A stretch of DNA of 64,000 nt, from contig JAVHVN010000010.1 in the NCBI GenBank assembly GCA_032160545.1, positions 4,016 to 68,015 of the forward strand, given 5' to 3'. The notes below the pieces were generated by a model. The model made no database searches, was not told the origin of the DNA, and saw only the letters and a program-made list of their open reading frames with translations. The translations under genes were made by a program, and so were the position numbers. Each line of letters begins with the position of its first letter. The first letter of the stretch is position 1. Source of the stretch: Pseudonocardiales bacterium. Lineage in GTDB: Bacteria; Actinomycetota; Actinomycetes; Mycobacteriales; Jatrophihabitantaceae. This document shows positions 8,930-22,121 of the stretch, piece after piece.

Positions 8930-9805
8930 TCAGCCGTTGACCTTCGCGATGACGTTCTCGGCGAACCGGTTCAGATGGTCGATCTTCTCCTGCAGCGGCT
9001 GGGTGTCGGGCCCCACGATGTACGGAAGCCGGAAGCCGACGATCGCGTCGGTGACGCCCTTGTCCTCGAGGCGCTTCACCCCGTCGGCCGTGTAAGCGTC
9101 CGGTGAGATCGCGTGGATCTCGAACGGCCGGTCCGCCAGCCCCTCGGCCGTCCGGATCGCGGCTAGTTTGCCGAGCAGCTCGTCGAGGTCCTCGACGCCG
9201 CCGCCGTGCATCCAGCCGTCGCCCCGCACCACCGCCCGCCGCAGCGCCGCATCGGCGTGGCCGCCGACGAGCAGCGGGATCGGCTCGGTGGGCGTAGGAG
9301 AGATCTTGATGGCCGGGATGTCGTAGAACTCGCCGTGGAACTCGAAGAACCCGCCCTGCGTGAGGCCGCGCACGATGTCCATGCATTCGTCCATGCGCTT
9401 TCCGCGCCGGGCGAACGGGACGCCCATGATCTCGAAGTCCTCGACCCACGGGCTGATGCCGACGCCGAGGGCGAGCCGGTTGTCCGTCAGCGCCGCGACC
9501 GAGGCCGCCTGCTTCGCGACCAGGACGGGCGGGCGCACGGGCAGCTTGAGCACGAACGGGGTGAATCGCAGGCTCGAGGTCACGGCGCCCATGGCCGCGC
9601 ACAGCACGAAGGTCTCGATGAACTCCTTGTCCTCGAGGAAGGTGCGGCTGCCGTCGGGCGTGTACGGGTACACGCTGTCGGATTCCTTGGGGTAGGCGAT
9701 GCTGTCGGCCACGGTGATGCTCGCGTAGCCGGCCGCCTCGGCCGCCCGCGCCAGTGGCAGCAGGTAGCTCGAGTCCGTCATCGCCTCGGCGTAGGTGAAC
9801 CGCAT
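8930..9805 (-). CDS. luciferase-like monooxygenase (LLM) class, probably F420-dependent, oxidoreductase
   Basis: The 291-aa product has LLM-type TIM-barrel blocks (RLALGVGISPW, GEFYDIP, PIPLLVGGHADAALRRA). This is typical of actinobacterial F420-dependent LLM proteins. Confidence 0.75.
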   Translation of the reverse strand: MRFTYAEAMTDSSYLLPLARAAEAAGYASITVADSIAYPKESDSVYPYTPDGSRTFLEDKEFIETFVLCAAMGAVTSSLRFTPFVLKLPVRPPVLVAKQAASVAALTDNRLALGVGISPWVEDFEIMGVPFARRGKRMDECMDIVRGLTQGGFFEFHGEFYDIPAIKISPTPTEPIPLLVGGHADAALRRAVVRGDGWMHGGGVEDLDELLGKLAAIRTAEGLADRPFEIHAISPDAYTADGVKRLEDKGVTDAIVGFRLPYIVGPDTQPLQEKIDHLNRFAENVIAKVNG

Positions 9806-9811
9806 CGCACA

Positions 9812-9829
9812 CTCCTCGTCGTCGAGGAG
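9812..9829 (-). promoter_or_regulatory. hairpin sequestering the Shine-Dalgarno sequence of the LLM oxidoreductase gene
   Basis: The minus-strand mRNA reads CTCCTCG-ACGA-CGAGGAG-TGTGCG-ATG. The GAGGAG SD, 6 nt before the ATG, is the 3' arm of a 7-bp stem. Confidence 0.35.
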
Positions 9830-9896
9830 CCCAGACTAGAACGTGTTCTCGTTCCGCGACAGTCGAGATGCCCGCCGCCGCAGGCCGGCAGCAGCC

Positions 9897-10484
9897 TCAC
9901 ACCGGAGGCTGCGGGTCGTACTGGATCTCGCGCTTCACGCACCGCGCGGCGTCGGCGGAGTCGAGGCGCATCACCAGGTGCAGCGCCATGTCGATGCCGG
10001 CCGAGACCCCGGCGGCGGTGATCACCTCGCCGTCGTCCACCCAGCGCGCCTCTGGGCGCACCGCGATCGTCGGGTCGAGGGACGCCAGCAGGTCCAGTGA
10101 CGCCCAGTGCGTGGTGGCCGGCCGGCCGCGCAAGAGGCCGGCCGCGGCGTAGACGAGCGCACCGGTGCAGACGCTGGTCATGAGCGTGCCGCTGTCGCGC
10201 AGGGCCCGAAGGCCGACGTGCAGCGGGTCACCGGGCGCGAGCATGCGGCGGGTACCGATGCCGCCGGGCATGACGAGCACCGCGAGCGGGCCGACGTCGT
10301 GCAGGGTGTGGTCGGGCAGCACCCGCAGGCCCTTGGCCGCGCGGACCGGCTCGAGCGACGGGGCCACGGTGACGACGTCCCACCCGGCGGGCGCAACGCT
10401 GCGAGCCCAGTACGACAGCACCTCCCACGGCCCCGCGAAGTCGAGTTCCTCGGCGTCGTCGAAGACCGCGATGGCGATGCGCAT
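9897..10484 (-). CDS. DJ-1/PfpI family protein (class I glutamine-amidotransferase-like fold)
   Basis: ATG at complement 10482-10484 (MRIAIAVFDDAEELDFAGPWEV...). Nucleophile-elbow context SVCTGALVYAAAGLL, plus ATTHW. Confidence 0.85.
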   Translation of the reverse strand: MRIAIAVFDDAEELDFAGPWEVLSYWARSVAPAGWDVVTVAPSLEPVRAAKGLRVLPDHTLHDVGPLAVLVMPGGIGTRRMLAPGDPLHVGLRALRDSGTLMTSVCTGALVYAAAGLLRGRPATTHWASLDLLASLDPTIAVRPEARWVDDGEVITAAGVSAGIDMALHLVMRLDSADAARCVKREIQYDPQPPV

Positions 10485-10717
10485 ACGCGCGACCCTAGGT
10501 GGGGTACGGCGATGACGGCGGGACAGGCGTGGAATGCTCGTGGGCGAGACGCTCGTCATAGTGCTACTGACGAGTAACATCGGCAGAATGTTGCAGAAGT
10601 GTTGCGGCGCGGAGCGCAGGGTTCCGAGTTGCGCAGACCGCTGCGTACCCGCAGCGCAACCCCCGACTGGAAGGTCAGCGAACGCATGAACGTCGAGCGA
10701 CAGCTGGTGGAGCGAGC

Positions 10718-11497
10718 ATGAACATCGTGGTGCTGGTCAAGCAGGTGCCCGACACCGAGGGGGAGCGCAGGCTCGACCCGTCGGACAACACGGTCGACCG
10801 CGCGGCCGTCGACCCGGTCATCAACTACATCGACGAGTTCGCCATCGAGGAGGGCCTGCGCCTCAAGGAGGCTCACGGCGGCGAGGTCACGATCCTCACC
10901 GTCGGCCCCGAGCGGGCGACCGAGTCGATCCGCAAGGCACTGTCGATGGGTGCGGACAAGGCGGTGCACGTCTCCGACGAGGCGCTGCACGGCTCCGACG
11001 CGATCCAGACCGCGAAGGTCATCGCCAAGGCGCTGGGCACTGTCGAGTGGGACGTCGTCGTGGCCGGGTCCGAGGCGACCGACTCGCGCATGGCGGTCGT
11101 CCCCGCGCTCGTCGCCGAGGCGCTGGGCGCCCCGCAGCTGTCGCTGGCCCGCAAGGTCACGGTCGAGGGCTCCACAGTCACCATCGAGCGGGTGACCGAC
11201 ACCGGCTACGAGAAGGTCGAGGCCTCGACGCCCGCGGTCATCAGCGTGGTCGAGAAGATCAACGACCCGCGCTACCCGTCGTTCAAGGGCATCATGGCCG
11301 CGAAGAACAAGCCGATCGAGGTCAAGGCGCTGGCCGACCTGGGCATCGACGCCGGCGAGGCCGGCCTCGCGAACGCGTACACGCAGGTCGCGTCGTTCGA
11401 GAACGCGCCGCCGCGGGCCGCGGGACAGACGGTCAAGGACGAGGGCAACGGCGGTGTGCAGATCGCCGACTACCTCGCGTCCAAGAAGCTCATCTGA
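10718..11497 (+). CDS. etfB: electron transfer flavoprotein beta subunit
   Basis: MNIVVLVKQVPDTEGERRLD... is the canonical EtfB N-terminus. It is followed by etfA. Confidence 0.95.
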   Translation: MNIVVLVKQVPDTEGERRLDPSDNTVDRAAVDPVINYIDEFAIEEGLRLKEAHGGEVTILTVGPERATESIRKALSMGADKAVHVSDEALHGSDAIQTAKVIAKALGTVEWDVVVAGSEATDSRMAVVPALVAEALGAPQLSLARKVTVEGSTVTIERVTDTGYEKVEASTPAVISVVEKINDPRYPSFKGIMAAKNKPIEVKALADLGIDAGEAGLANAYTQVASFENAPPRAAGQTVKDEGNGGVQIADYLASKKLI

Positions 11498-11532
11498 CCC
11501 GATCGACCTGATCTACAAGGAGACGCAATCCC

Positions 11533-12489
11533 ATGGCAGAGGTTCTCGTTCTGGTCGACTCGGCTGACGGCACCGTCAAGAAGTCGACGCTCGAACTGCT
11601 CACCGCGGCGCGCCGGCTCGGCGAGGCCGCGGCTGTGGTCGTCGGCGCGCCCGGCACCGCCGCGGCGCTGAAGGACCAGCTCGCCGAGTACGGCGCGGCG
11701 AAGGTGTACGTCGCCGAGAGCGACGACATCGCGAACTACTCGGTTGCTCCGAAGGCCGAGGCGCTCGCCGCGGTCGTCGAGCAGGCCTCGCCCGCGGCCG
11801 TCCTCGTGCCGGCGACGGCCGAGAACAAGGAGGTCGCAGCCCGGCTGGCCTTCAAGATCGGCTCGGGACTGCTCACCGACGCGATCGGCGTCGACGGCGA
11901 CGGCGCGACTCAGAGCATCTTCGGCGGCGCCGTCACGGTGCAGTCCAAGGTCGCGAAGGGCGTGCCGGTGATCGCGGTTCGCCCCAACTCGTTCGCCCCC
12001 GAAGCGTCGCCCGGCGCGGCGGAAGAGGTCCCTGTCAGCGTCACGGTCTCCGAGGCGGCCAAGGGTGCCAAGATCGTCGACCGGGTGGTCGAGGAGAAGG
12101 GCTCACGCCCGCAGCTCGCCGACGCGTCGGTCGTCGTGTCCGGCGGGCGCGGCATCGGCAACGCCGACAACTTCGCGATCATCGAGAACCTGGCCGACGC
12201 CCTCGGCGCGGCCGTCGGTGCCTCGCGTGCCGTCGTCGACGCCGGCTGGGTCGATCACCAGATGCAGGTCGGCCAGACCGGTGTCACCGTGTCGCCGCAG
12301 CTCTACGTCGCCGTCGGCATCTCCGGTGCGATCCAGCACCGGGCCGGCATGCAGACGTCGAAGACGATCGTCGCGATCAACAAGGATCCCGAGGCGCCCA
12401 TCTTCGAGCTGGCGGACTTCGGCGTCGTCGGTGACCTGTTCACCGTCGCGCCGCAACTCGCCGAGGAGATCACCAAGCGGAAGGGCTGA
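11533..12489 (+). CDS. etfA: electron transfer flavoprotein alpha subunit
   Basis: AAGGAG precedes ATG 11533. The C-terminal FAD-binding block is VVSGGRGIG...[29 protein letters not shown]. Confidence 0.95.
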   Translation: MAEVLVLVDSADGTVKKSTLELLTAARRLGEAAAVVVGAPGTAAALKDQLAEYGAAKVYVAESDDIANYSVAPKAEALAAVVEQASPAAVLVPATAENKEVAARLAFKIGSGLLTDAIGVDGDGATQSIFGGAVTVQSKVAKGVPVIAVRPNSFAPEASPGAAEEVPVSVTVSEAAKGAKIVDRVVEEKGSRPQLADASVVVSGGRGIGNADNFAIIENLADALGAAVGASRAVVDAGWVDHQMQVGQTGVTVSPQLYVAVGISGAIQHRAGMQTSKTIVAINKDPEAPIFELADFGVVGDLFTVAPQLAEEITKRKG

Positions 12490-12503
12490 GCCCGCCCGCC
12501 GTC

Positions 12504-12546
12504 CAGGAGGCCGCCGCCGCTGCATCCGCATCGCGGTGGCCTCCTG
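12504..12546 (+). terminator. long GC-rich hairpin after etfA (CAGGAGGCCGCCGC ... GCGGTGGCCTCCTG), candidate terminator without U-tract
   Basis: Inverted repeat read directly, 15 nt after the etfA stop. Confidence 0.4.
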
Positions 12547-12585
12547 CGTGCCAACGGGAGTGCACCGTTGCGGGAGGATGACGCG

Positions 12586-13992
12586 GTGACGACACCGCGG
12601 CCGACGATCTGGTCGGGAGCGCTGCGCGCGACGACGAGCGGGATGCTGATCATCGTCACGATGATCGCGTTCGAGGCAATGGCGGTGTCGGCCGCGCTGC
12701 CCACCGCGGCCCGCGACCTGCACGGCATCGCCGCGTACGGCTGGGCGTTCACCGGCTTCCTCGTCGCGAACGTCGTCGGCATGGTGCTGTCCGGGCAGCT
12801 CAGTGACGCCCACGGCCCCCGCCTGCCGCTGGCCGCGGGCGTCCTGCTCTTCGCGGTCGGACTGCTCGTCGCCGGCCTGGCTCCGACGATGCCGGTGCTG
12901 ATCTCGGGCCGCATCGTGCAGGGCCTGGCCAGTGGGCTGCTCATCACCGCGCTCTACGTCGTCATGGGCACCGCGTACTCCGAAACCGTGCGGCCGAAGC
13001 TGTTCGCGGCGATCTCGTCGGCCTGGGTGCTGCCGTCGCTGCTCGGCCCGGTGCTGTCGGGCACGCTCACCGAGCAGATCAGCTGGCGCTGGGTGTTCCT
13101 GGGTCTGGTTCCGTTCGTCGCGGTCGGCGCAGTGCTGTTGCTGCCCGTCCTGCGCACGATGCCCGCTCGGGACGACCGGGGCGGCGCGCTCGCCGACCGC
13201 CGGCGCATCGGGTACGCGCTCGCGGTCGCGGTCGGTGTCGCCGCGCTCGAGCAGGCAGGGCAGCACCCGTCCGCGCTGTGGTACGGCCTGGCCGTCCCGG
13301 GCGTCGGGCTGTTGCTGTGGGGGCTGCGCACCCTGCTGCCCGCCGGTACCTTCACCGCGCGCCCCGGGGTGGCTGCCCCGATCGCGCTGCGCGGCCTGTT
13401 CGCCGGCGCCTTCTTCGGCGTCGAGACGATCATCCCGCTCGCGCTGACCGTGCAGCATCACTACGACCCGACGGAGGCGGGCCTGCCGCTCGCGTGCTCC
13501 GGTGTCACCTGGGCGATCGGTTCGTGGTGGCAGGGCCGGCACGTCGAGGGGGACGGGCCGCTGCGGCGCGCCCGGCTGGTGCGGGTCGGCTTCGTCTGCG
13601 TCGCGGTGGCTGCCGGGCTCGTCGCCGTAGCCGTGCACCCCGGCGCGCCGGCCGTGTTGATCTACCCGGCCTGGGCGCTCGCGGGGCTGGGCGCGGGCCT
13701 GACGATGTCGAGCGTCGCAGTGTTGATGCTGAGCTACACGAACGACGCCGATCGCGGCTCCGACTCCGCGGCCCTGCAGTTGTCCGACGCGACGTCGAGC
13801 GCCCTGACCACCGGCTACGGCGGGGTGCTGGTCGCGGCCGCCGCGGCGGGTTCGATCGGCTACACCGGCGCGTTCACCGCGCTCTGCCTCACCATGGCCG
13901 CGGTCAGCGGGCTGGGCGCCGCGATCGCCGACCGAGCCCGCGCGGCGGCGCCGGTGTCCCGATCCGAGGTACCGGCGGCGCTGCGCACGTAG
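12586..13992 (+). CDS. MFS transporter (drug/H+ antiporter-like, 14-TM type likely)
   Basis: GTG 12586 lies 9 nt after GGGAGG (alternative TTG 12568). [10 protein letters not shown] loop and hydrophobic repeats are present throughout. Confidence 0.8.
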   Translation: MTTPRPTIWSGALRATTSGMLIIVTMIAFEAMAVSAALPTAARDLHGIAAYGWAFTGFLVANVVGMVLSGQLSDAHGPRLPLAAGVLLFAVGLLVAGLAPTMPVLISGRIVQGLASGLLITALYVVMGTAYSETVRPKLFAAISSAWVLPSLLGPVLSGTLTEQISWRWVFLGLVPFVAVGAVLLLPVLRTMPARDDRGGALADRRRIGYALAVAVGVAALEQAGQHPSALWYGLAVPGVGLLLWGLRTLLPAGTFTARPGVAAPIALRGLFAGAFFGVETIIPLALTVQHHYDPTEAGLPLACSGVTWAIGSWWQGRHVEGDGPLRRARLVRVGFVCVAVAAGLVAVAVHPGAPAVLIYPAWALAGLGAGLTMSSVAVLMLSYTNDADRGSDSAALQLSDATSSALTTGYGGVLVAAAAAGSIGYTGAFTALCLTMAAVSGLGAAIADRARAAAPVSRSEVPAALRT

Positions 13993-14004
13993 ACTCGGCT
14001 GGCG

Positions 14005-15180
14005 ATGCCCTATCTCGACCACGCCGCCACGACACCCGTGCTGCCCGAGGCCGTTGCGGCCGTCACCGCGGCGCTCGGTGAGTTCGGCAACGCATCCGCA
14101 CTGCACGGGTCGGGCCGGCTGTCCCGCCGCCGCATCGAGGAGTCCCGCGAGCAGCTCGCCGAGGTTCTCGGCGCGCGGCCCTCGGAGGTCATCTTCACCG
14201 CCGGAGGCACCGAGTCCGACAACCTCGCGGTCAAGGGCATCTACTGGGCCCGTCGCGACGAGGACCCGCGCCGCCGCCGGGTGATCGCCAGCGCGGTCGA
14301 GCACCACGCCGTGATGGACGCCGTCGAGTGGCTGGCCGCGCACGAGGGTGCGCAGGTGACCTGGCTGCCGGTCGACGGCACCGGACGGGTCGACCCCGCG
14401 GCGTTGCGCGCCGAGCTCGCCGCAGACCCCGAAGCGGTCGCGCTGGTCAGCGTCATGTGGGCGAACAACGAGGTCGGCACCGTGCAGCCGGTCGCCGAAC
14501 TGGCCGCGATCGCGCACGAGTTCGGCGCGCCGATCCACACCGATGCCGTCCAGGCGGTCGGAGCGCTGCCGGTCGACTTCGCCGCGTCCGGTGCCGACGC
14601 CCTCAGCCTCACCGGGCACAAGCTGGGCGGAATGTACGGCAGCGGCGCGCTGCTGCTGCGCCGCGAGCAGGCGTGCGTCCCCCTGTTGCATGGCGGTGGC
14701 CAGGAGCGCGACGTCCGCTCGGGCACCCTCGACGTCCCCGGCGCGGTGGGCCTCGCGACGGCGACGGCCCTCGCGGTCGGGCGACGTGACGAGCTCAGCG
14801 CCCGCATGCGCAGGCTGCGCGACGACCTGGTCGACGGCATCCGCGCCCGGGTGCCGGAGGTCCTGGTCAACGGCCACCCGACCGACCGGCTGCCCGGCAT
14901 CGCGCACCTGTCCTTCCCGGGGTGTGAGGGCGACTCCCTGCTGATGCTGCTCGACGCGCGCGGCGTCGAGTGCTCGACCGGTTCGGCGTGCTCCGCCGGG
15001 GTCGCGCGCCCGTCGCACGTCCTGCTCGCGATGGGTGCCGGCGCCGAACGGGCACGCGGGTCCCTGCGCTTCTCGCTCGGCCACACCTCGACCGCGGACG
15101 ACGTCGCCGCCGTGCTCGACGCGATCGAGCCGGTCGTCGATCGCGCTCGGCGCGCCGGCATCACCTCCGCCGCGTCATGA
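14005..15180 (+). CDS. iscS: cysteine desulfurase (NifS/IscS class V aminotransferase)
   Basis: Contains [15 protein letters not shown] and SLTGHKLGG (PLP-Lys context), plus a GSACSAG active-site Cys loop. Followed by mnmA, as in other actinobacteria. Confidence 0.9.
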   Translation: MPYLDHAATTPVLPEAVAAVTAALGEFGNASALHGSGRLSRRRIEESREQLAEVLGARPSEVIFTAGGTESDNLAVKGIYWARRDEDPRRRRVIASAVEHHAVMDAVEWLAAHEGAQVTWLPVDGTGRVDPAALRAELAADPEAVALVSVMWANNEVGTVQPVAELAAIAHEFGAPIHTDAVQAVGALPVDFAASGADALSLTGHKLGGMYGSGALLLRREQACVPLLHGGGQERDVRSGTLDVPGAVGLATATALAVGRRDELSARMRRLRDDLVDGIRARVPEVLVNGHPTDRLPGIAHLSFPGCEGDSLLMLLDARGVECSTGSACSAGVARPSHVLLAMGAGAERARGSLRFSLGHTSTADDVAAVLDAIEPVVDRARRAGITSAAS

Positions 15181-16250
15181 AGGTCCTGGCCGCCATGAGC
15201 GGTGGCGTCGACTCGGCGGTCGCCGCGGCCCGGGCCGTCGACGCCGGGTGGGACGTCACCGGCGTCCACCTCGCGCTGTCGCCCGAGCCGGCGACGCTGC
15301 GGCACGGGTCTCGGGGGTGCTGCAGCCGCGAGGACGCCGGCGACGCACGCCGCGCGGCGGACGTCCTCGACATCCCCTTCTACGTCTGGGACCTCGCGGA
15401 GCGGTTCCGTGCCGATGTGGTCGAGGACTTCGTCAGCGAGTACGCCTCGGGGCGCACTCCGAACCCATGCCTGCGCTGCAACGAGAAGATCAAGTTCTCG
15501 GCCGTGCTCGACCGCGCGCTGGCACTCGGCTTCGACGCCGTCGTCACCGGCCACCATGCCCGTCTGGTCGACGGGCGGCTGATGCGCTCGGTAGACCCGG
15601 CGAAGGACCAGTCGTACGTGCTCGCGGTGCTGGCACCGCAGCAGCTGGCCCGTGCGGTGTTCCCGCTCGGGGACTCCACGAAGGCCCAGGTGCGAGGTGA
15701 GGCCGCGCGGCGCGGCCTGTCGGTCGCGACCAAGCCCGACTCGCACGACATCTGCTTCATCGCCGACGGCGACACCCGAGGCTTCCTCGAGCGGCGCCTC
15801 GGCGGCAGCGCCGGACCGATCGTCGATTCCGCGACCGGCGCGGTGGTCGGGTCGCACGCCGGCTCGTTCGGGTTCACGATCGGCCAGCGGCGCGGGCTCA
15901 ACCTCGACCGCCCGGCACCGGGCGGCGAGCCGCGTTACGTGCTCTCGATCCAGCCGGCGGCCAACACCGTGGTGGTCGGCCCGGGCGAGCTGCTCGACGT
16001 GGACGAGGTCGCCGGGACGCGCGCCGTCTGGACAGGCGGCGAGCCGGCCCGATCCCAGCTCGACTGCCTCGTCCAGATGCGTGCCCACGGCGCCGTCACG
16101 CCGGCGAGCGTGCAGGTCACCGGCCGCGACGTCGTGGCGCGGCTGCACGGATCGCAGCGCGGCATCGCCCCCGGCCAGGCGCTGGTCATGTACGACGGCG
16201 ACACCGTGCTCGGCTCGGCCACGATCACGGCGGCCGGTCGCGCGGCGTGA
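15177..16250 (+). CDS. mnmA: tRNA-specific 2-thiouridylase
   Basis: ATGA overlap with isc[18 protein letters not shown] is the PP-loop. Also has [12 protein letters not shown] and KDQSYVL motifs. Confidence 0.95.
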   Translation: MKVLAAMSGGVDSAVAAARAVDAGWDVTGVHLALSPEPATLRHGSRGCCSREDAGDARRAADVLDIPFYVWDLAERFRADVVEDFVSEYASGRTPNPCLRCNEKIKFSAVLDRALALGFDAVVTGHHARLVDGRLMRSVDPAKDQSYVLAVLAPQQLARAVFPLGDSTKAQVRGEAARRGLSVATKPDSHDICFIADGDTRGFLERRLGGSAGPIVDSATGAVVGSHAGSFGFTIGQRRGLNLDRPAPGGEPRYVLSIQPAANTVVVGPGELLDVDEVAGTRAVWTGGEPARSQLDCLVQMRAHGAVTPASVQVTGRDVVARLHGSQRGIAPGQALVMYDGDTVLGSATITAAGRAA

Positions 16251-17245
16251 CCGTTCCTTACCCACCCGGCAGCGCGACCGGCATCGGCTCGCTCCCCGGC
16301 ACCGATCCGGTCGACGCGGTCGCGACGGTGCTGGGCGAGCTGCCCGGCCTGCCGCACCTTCCCGAGCTGCCGGCGCGGGGTGCCGGCGCCGAGCAGATCG
16401 GGCGCTCGGCGGCCCTCTTGATCGACCTGCCAGTCGACATCGCCCCGACCGGGTGGCGGGTGGCGGCTCGGCCGGGCCGTGACCTCCGGCGCGCCCAGGA
16501 CTTCCTCGCGCGCGATCTCGACGCCCTCGAGGAGGCGGCCGCTGGCTACGTCGGAGCGCTGAAGGTCCAGGTCGCCGGCCCGTGGACCCTCGCGGCAGGA
16601 ATCGAGCTGCCCTCGGGGCATCGGGTCCTCACCGACCCCGGTGCAGTACGCGACCTCGCCGAGTCGCTGGCCGAGGGGGTGCGGGCTCACGTCGCCGACG
16701 TGCAGCGGCGCGTACCAGGCGCCGCGCTGGTGGTGCAGCTCGACGAGCCGTCGCTTCCCGCGGTGCTGGCGGGCGCGCTGCCCACGGCGTCCGGATACGG
16801 CACGGTGCGCTCCATCGAGGCGACGGTGGCCGAGGCGATGCTGCACGACGTCCTCGCCACGGCACCCGACGGCGGGCGCGTCGTGCACTGCTGCGCGCCG
16901 GACGTGCCGCTCGCGCTGCTGCGGCGGGCTGGTGCCGATGCCGTGTCGCTCGACGCCGCGCTCATCGCGCCCGGACTGCTCGACGAACTGGGGGAGGCGT
17001 TCGACGCCGGCCTGTCGATGTGGCTCGGCGTGGTCCCGGGCACCGATACGCCCATCGACGAGGACGCTGCCCGTGACCCGATCCGCCGGCTGTGGCGAAC
17101 GCTCGGCTTCCCGGACGGCGAGGTGGCGACCCGCGTGGTGCCGACCCCCGCCTGCGGACTCGCCGGGGCGTCGCCGGGGTACGCACGGCGGGCGCTCGCC
17201 CTCGTGCGGGAGGTCGGCCGAAACCTGCTGGACGGACTTGACTGA
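16247..17245 (+). CDS. cobalamin-independent methionine synthase (MetE C-terminal/UROD-like) family protein of unknown role
   Basis: GTGA overlap with mnmA. The position between mnmA and ligA matches the conserved actinobacterial neighbourhood. Contains a [10 protein letters not shown] block. Confidence 0.65.
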   Translation: MTVPYPPGSATGIGSLPGTDPVDAVATVLGELPGLPHLPELPARGAGAEQIGRSAALLIDLPVDIAPTGWRVAARPGRDLRRAQDFLARDLDALEEAAAGYVGALKVQVAGPWTLAAGIELPSGHRVLTDPGAVRDLAESLAEGVRAHVADVQRRVPGAALVVQLDEPSLPAVLAGALPTASGYGTVRSIEATVAEAMLHDVLATAPDGGRVVHCCAPDVPLALLRRAGADAVSLDAALIAPGLLDELGEAFDAGLSMWLGVVPGTDTPIDEDAARDPIRRLWRTLGFPDGEVATRVVPTPACGLAGASPGYARRALALVREVGRNLLDGLD

Positions 17246-17308
17246 CCGATCACGCGCGCGCGCCGATGCCGGAGCCGGTGACCTGTAGTTGTCGGCGCCG
17301 GTAGATAG

Positions 17309-19465
<2,157 letters not shown>

Positions 19466-19490
19466 CGCGCTCCGGCCGGCCAGCCGGCCG

Positions 19491-20138
19491 CTAGCCCGAC
19501 ACGACGGTCGCGGCGATCGCGGCGAGGTGCTGCAGCCGCAGCAGCTCGGCGGGCAGCCAGCGCAGGGCGGGACGTCCCAGCAGCAACGCGTGCTCGCCGA
19601 GCGGGGCAACGGCGAGTTCGGTACCCAGCCGCGACCAGTCCGGGGGGGCCCAGTCCTCGGCGGCGTCGAGCATGCGCACCGGAGCGGGCGGCCACCACGG
19701 CGCAGGCAACTCCTCCTCCTCGGGTGCCGCGCCGCCGCTGGCGATCACCTCGGCGACGCCGTCCTTCGGCTCGGCGAGCACGAGACCCCAGCCCGCGCGG
19801 AAGATCCGGCTCACCCCGTCGGCGAGCACGTGCAGCGGTTGCTCGGGCCGGCCGGCAAGGGCGTCGAGGAGCACCAGCTCGCGGTGCGGGTCGATCTGGC
19901 CGGCGTACGGGCGGATGGTCTCGACATGCACGCCCTCGACCGTGGCGGCGGCGGTGAGCAGGGAGTCGGCCAGCCGGTCGGGCGGCAGTTCGATGACCAG
20001 GTCGTCGACGGCCTTGCCCGGTGAGCGTTCGATGACGTCGACGCTGAGGATGTCGGCGCCCACTGCGCCGAGCGCCGATGCGACGGCGCCCAGGGCGCCG
20101 GGCCGATCCGGCAGCACGAGGCGCAAAAGGTACGACAC
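19491..20138 (-). CDS. ACT domain-containing protein
   Basis: GTG at complement 20136-20138 follows [41 protein letters not shown] is an ACT fold start. Its position between ligA and gatC is conserved in actinobacteria. Confidence 0.7.
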   Translation of the reverse strand: MSYLLRLVLPDRPGALGAVASALGAVGADILSVDVIERSPGKAVDDLVIELPPDRLADSLLTAAATVEGVHVETIRPYAGQIDPHRELVLLDALAGRPEQPLHVLADGVSRIFRAGWGLVLAEPKDGVAEVIASGGAAPEEEELPAPWWPPAPVRMLDAAEDWAPPDWSRLGTELAVAPLGEHALLLGRPALRWLPAELLRLQHLAAIAATVVSG

Positions 20139-20248
20139 GGGCTGGAGCCTTCCGGACGGACGTGACGGTTGGGTTACATACAGCCTGTGAGATCGCCCGG
20201 AAAAATGCGAGCGCAGTGCGATTTGGCGCGTCCGTAGACTGTCACGTC

Positions 20249-20578
20249 GTGCCTGACGCAACAGAATCCCCCGGCGGTAGCGGCCGGATCAGCCGCGAGG
20301 ACGTCGCCCATCTCGCCCGCCTCGCACGGCTCGCGGTCACCGACGACGAACTGGACGTCTTCGCGGGGCAGCTCGACGTGATCCTCGGGTCGGTCGCGCG
20401 GGTCAGTGAGGTCGCCGCGGCCGACATACCGCCCACCTCCCACGCCGTGCCGATGACGAATGTGTTCCGCCCGGACGAGGTCCGGCCGTCCCTGCCGCGC
20501 GACGCCGTGCTCGCGGCAGCGCCCGCGGTGGAGGACAACAAGTTCCGGGTGCCGCGGATATTGACGGAAGAGGCCTAG
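20249..20578 (+). CDS. gatC: Asp-tRNA(Asn)/Glu-tRNA(Gln) amidotransferase subunit C
   Basis: [33 protein letters not shown] is the canonical GatC core. GTG 20249 is the nearest upstream start. Stop is TAG 20576-20578. Confidence 0.88.
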   Translation: MPDATESPGGSGRISREDVAHLARLARLAVTDDELDVFAGQLDVILGSVARVSEVAAADIPPTSHAVPMTNVFRPDEVRPSLPRDAVLAAAPAVEDNKFRVPRILTEEA

Positions 20579-20640
20579 GCCGATGACCCAGGTAACGGAA
20601 GAGGCCTAGGCCGATGACCCATGTAACGGAAGAGGCGTGA
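20564..20640 (+). repeat. 31-bp tandem repeat, 2.5 copies, spanning the gatC stop to the gatA start (MIRU-like)
   Basis: The two full units are ACGGAAGAGGCCTAGGCCGATGACCCAGGTA (20564-20594) and ACGGAAGAGGCCTAGGCCGATGACCCATGTA (20595-20625). A partial third copy, ACGGAAGAGGCGTGA, follows. Confidence 0.9.
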
Positions 20641-22121
20641 TGACGGACCTGATCCGGCTCACCGCCGCCGAGACCGCGGCTGCCGTCGCGTCGGGAGAGG
20701 CCTCGGCCGTCGACGTCGCGCAGGCCCATCTCGACCGCATCGGCGCCGTGGACGGCGCGGTGCACGCGTTCCTGCACGTCGACACCGAGGGCGCCCTGCG
20801 CTCCGCGCGGGCCGTCGACGAGCGGCGCGCGGCCGGCGAGGCGCTCGGACCGCTCGCCGGCGTCCCGCTCGCGATGAAGGACGTCGTCGTCACGAAGGGC
20901 CTGCCGACCACTGCCGGTTCCCGCATCCTCGACGGCTGGCGCCCGCCGTACGACGCGACGATCACCAAGCGGATCAAGGACGCCGGCGTGGTCATGCTCG
21001 GCAAGACGAACATGGACGAGTTCGCCATGGGGTCGTCCACCGAGAACTCGGCGTACGGACCGACCCGCAACCCGTGGGACCTCAGCCGCATCCCCGGTGG
21101 CTCGTCCGGCGGTTCGAGCGCCGCGGTCGCCGCGTTCCAGGCCCCGCTGGCCATCGGCACCGACACCGGCGGTTCGATCCGGCAGCCCGCGGCGGTGACC
21201 GGGATCGTCGGGCACAAGCCGACGTACGGCGCGGTGTCACGGTTCGGGCTGATCGCGTTCTCGTCGTCGCTGGACCAGGCCGGTCCCTTCGGGCGCACGG
21301 TGCTCGACACGGCCCTGCTGCACGAGGTGATCGCCGGTTACGACCACTGCGACTCGACCTCGATCGACGGGCCGGTCGCGCCGGTCGTCGCGGCCGCCCG
21401 CGAGGGGGCCCGTGGCGACCTCGCCGGCGTCCGCGTCGGTGTCGTCCGCGAGCTCGGCGGTGAGGGGTACCAGGCGGGCGTGCTCGTGTCGTTCGAGGCG
21501 GCCGTCGACACGTTGCGCGGCCTCGGCGCCGAGGTCGTCGAGGTGAGCTGCCCGCACTTCGAGTACGCGCTCGCCGCCTACTACCTGATCGCGCCGAGTG
21601 AGTGCTCCTCGAACCTGGCGCGCTTCGACGGGGTGCGCTACGGCCTGCGGGTCGGCGACGACGGCGTCAACCCGCTCGAGGACGTCATGGCACTCACCCG
21701 CGAGGCCGGTTTCGGCCCCGAGGTGAAGCGCCGCATCATGATCGGCACCTACGCGCTGTCGTCCGGCTACTACGACGCCTACTACGGGCAGGCCCAGAAG
21801 GTCCGCACGCTGATCGCGCGTGACTTCACCGCGGCGTTCGAGAAGGCCGACGTGCTGGTGTCGCCCACCTCGCCGTTCGTCGCGTTCGGCATCGGCGAGC
21901 GGGTCGCCGACCCGATGGCGATGTACGTCAACGACCTGTGCACGCTGCCGGCCTCGCTGGCGGGAACGCCCGCGATCTCGGTCCCGTCGGGTCTCGCGGA
22001 CGGCCTTCCGGTCGGCCTGCAGATCATGGCTCCGGCGCTGGCCGACGACCGTTGCTTCCGCGTCGGAGCGGCGTTCGAAGCCGCGACCGGAGTCATCCGG
22101 ATTCCGGAGGTCGCCGCATGA
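20640..22121 (+). CDS. gatA: Asp-tRNA(Asn)/Glu-tRNA(Gln) amidotransferase subunit A
   Basis: Starts [11 protein letters not shown] (ATG 20640; in-frame GTG 20637 is also possible). Amidase signature [13 protein letters not shown]. Confidence 0.95.
   Translation: MTDLIRLTAAETAAAVASGEASAVDVAQAHLDRIGAVDGAVHAFLHVDTEGALRSARAVDERRAAGEALGPLAGVPLAMKDVVVTKGLPTTAGSRILDGWRPPYDATITKRIKDAGVVMLGKTNMDEFAMGSSTENSAYGPTRNPWDLSRIPGGSSGGSSAAVAAFQAPLAIGTDTGGSIRQPAAVTGIVGHKPTYGAVSRFGLIAFSSSLDQAGPFGRTVLDTALLHEVIAGYDHCDSTSIDGPVAPVVAAAREGARGDLAGVRVGVVRELGGEGYQAGVLVSFEAAVDTLRGLGAEVVEVSCPHFEYALAAYYLIAPSECSSNLARFDGVRYGLRVGDDGVNPLEDVMALTREAGFGPEVKRRIMIGTYALSSGYYDAYYGQAQKVRTLIARDFTAAFEKADVLVSPTSPFVAFGIGERVADPMAMYVNDLCTLPASLAGTPAISVPSGLADGLPVGLQIMAPALADDRCFRVGAAFEAATGVIRIPEVAA

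Noticed and set aside
20564-20640. Considered whether the 31-bp direct repeats could be a minimal CRISPR array.
   Set aside because: The copies are contiguous with no spacers. They are derived from the gatC 3' end, and no cas genes are present. I interpret this as a tandem duplication (VNTR).
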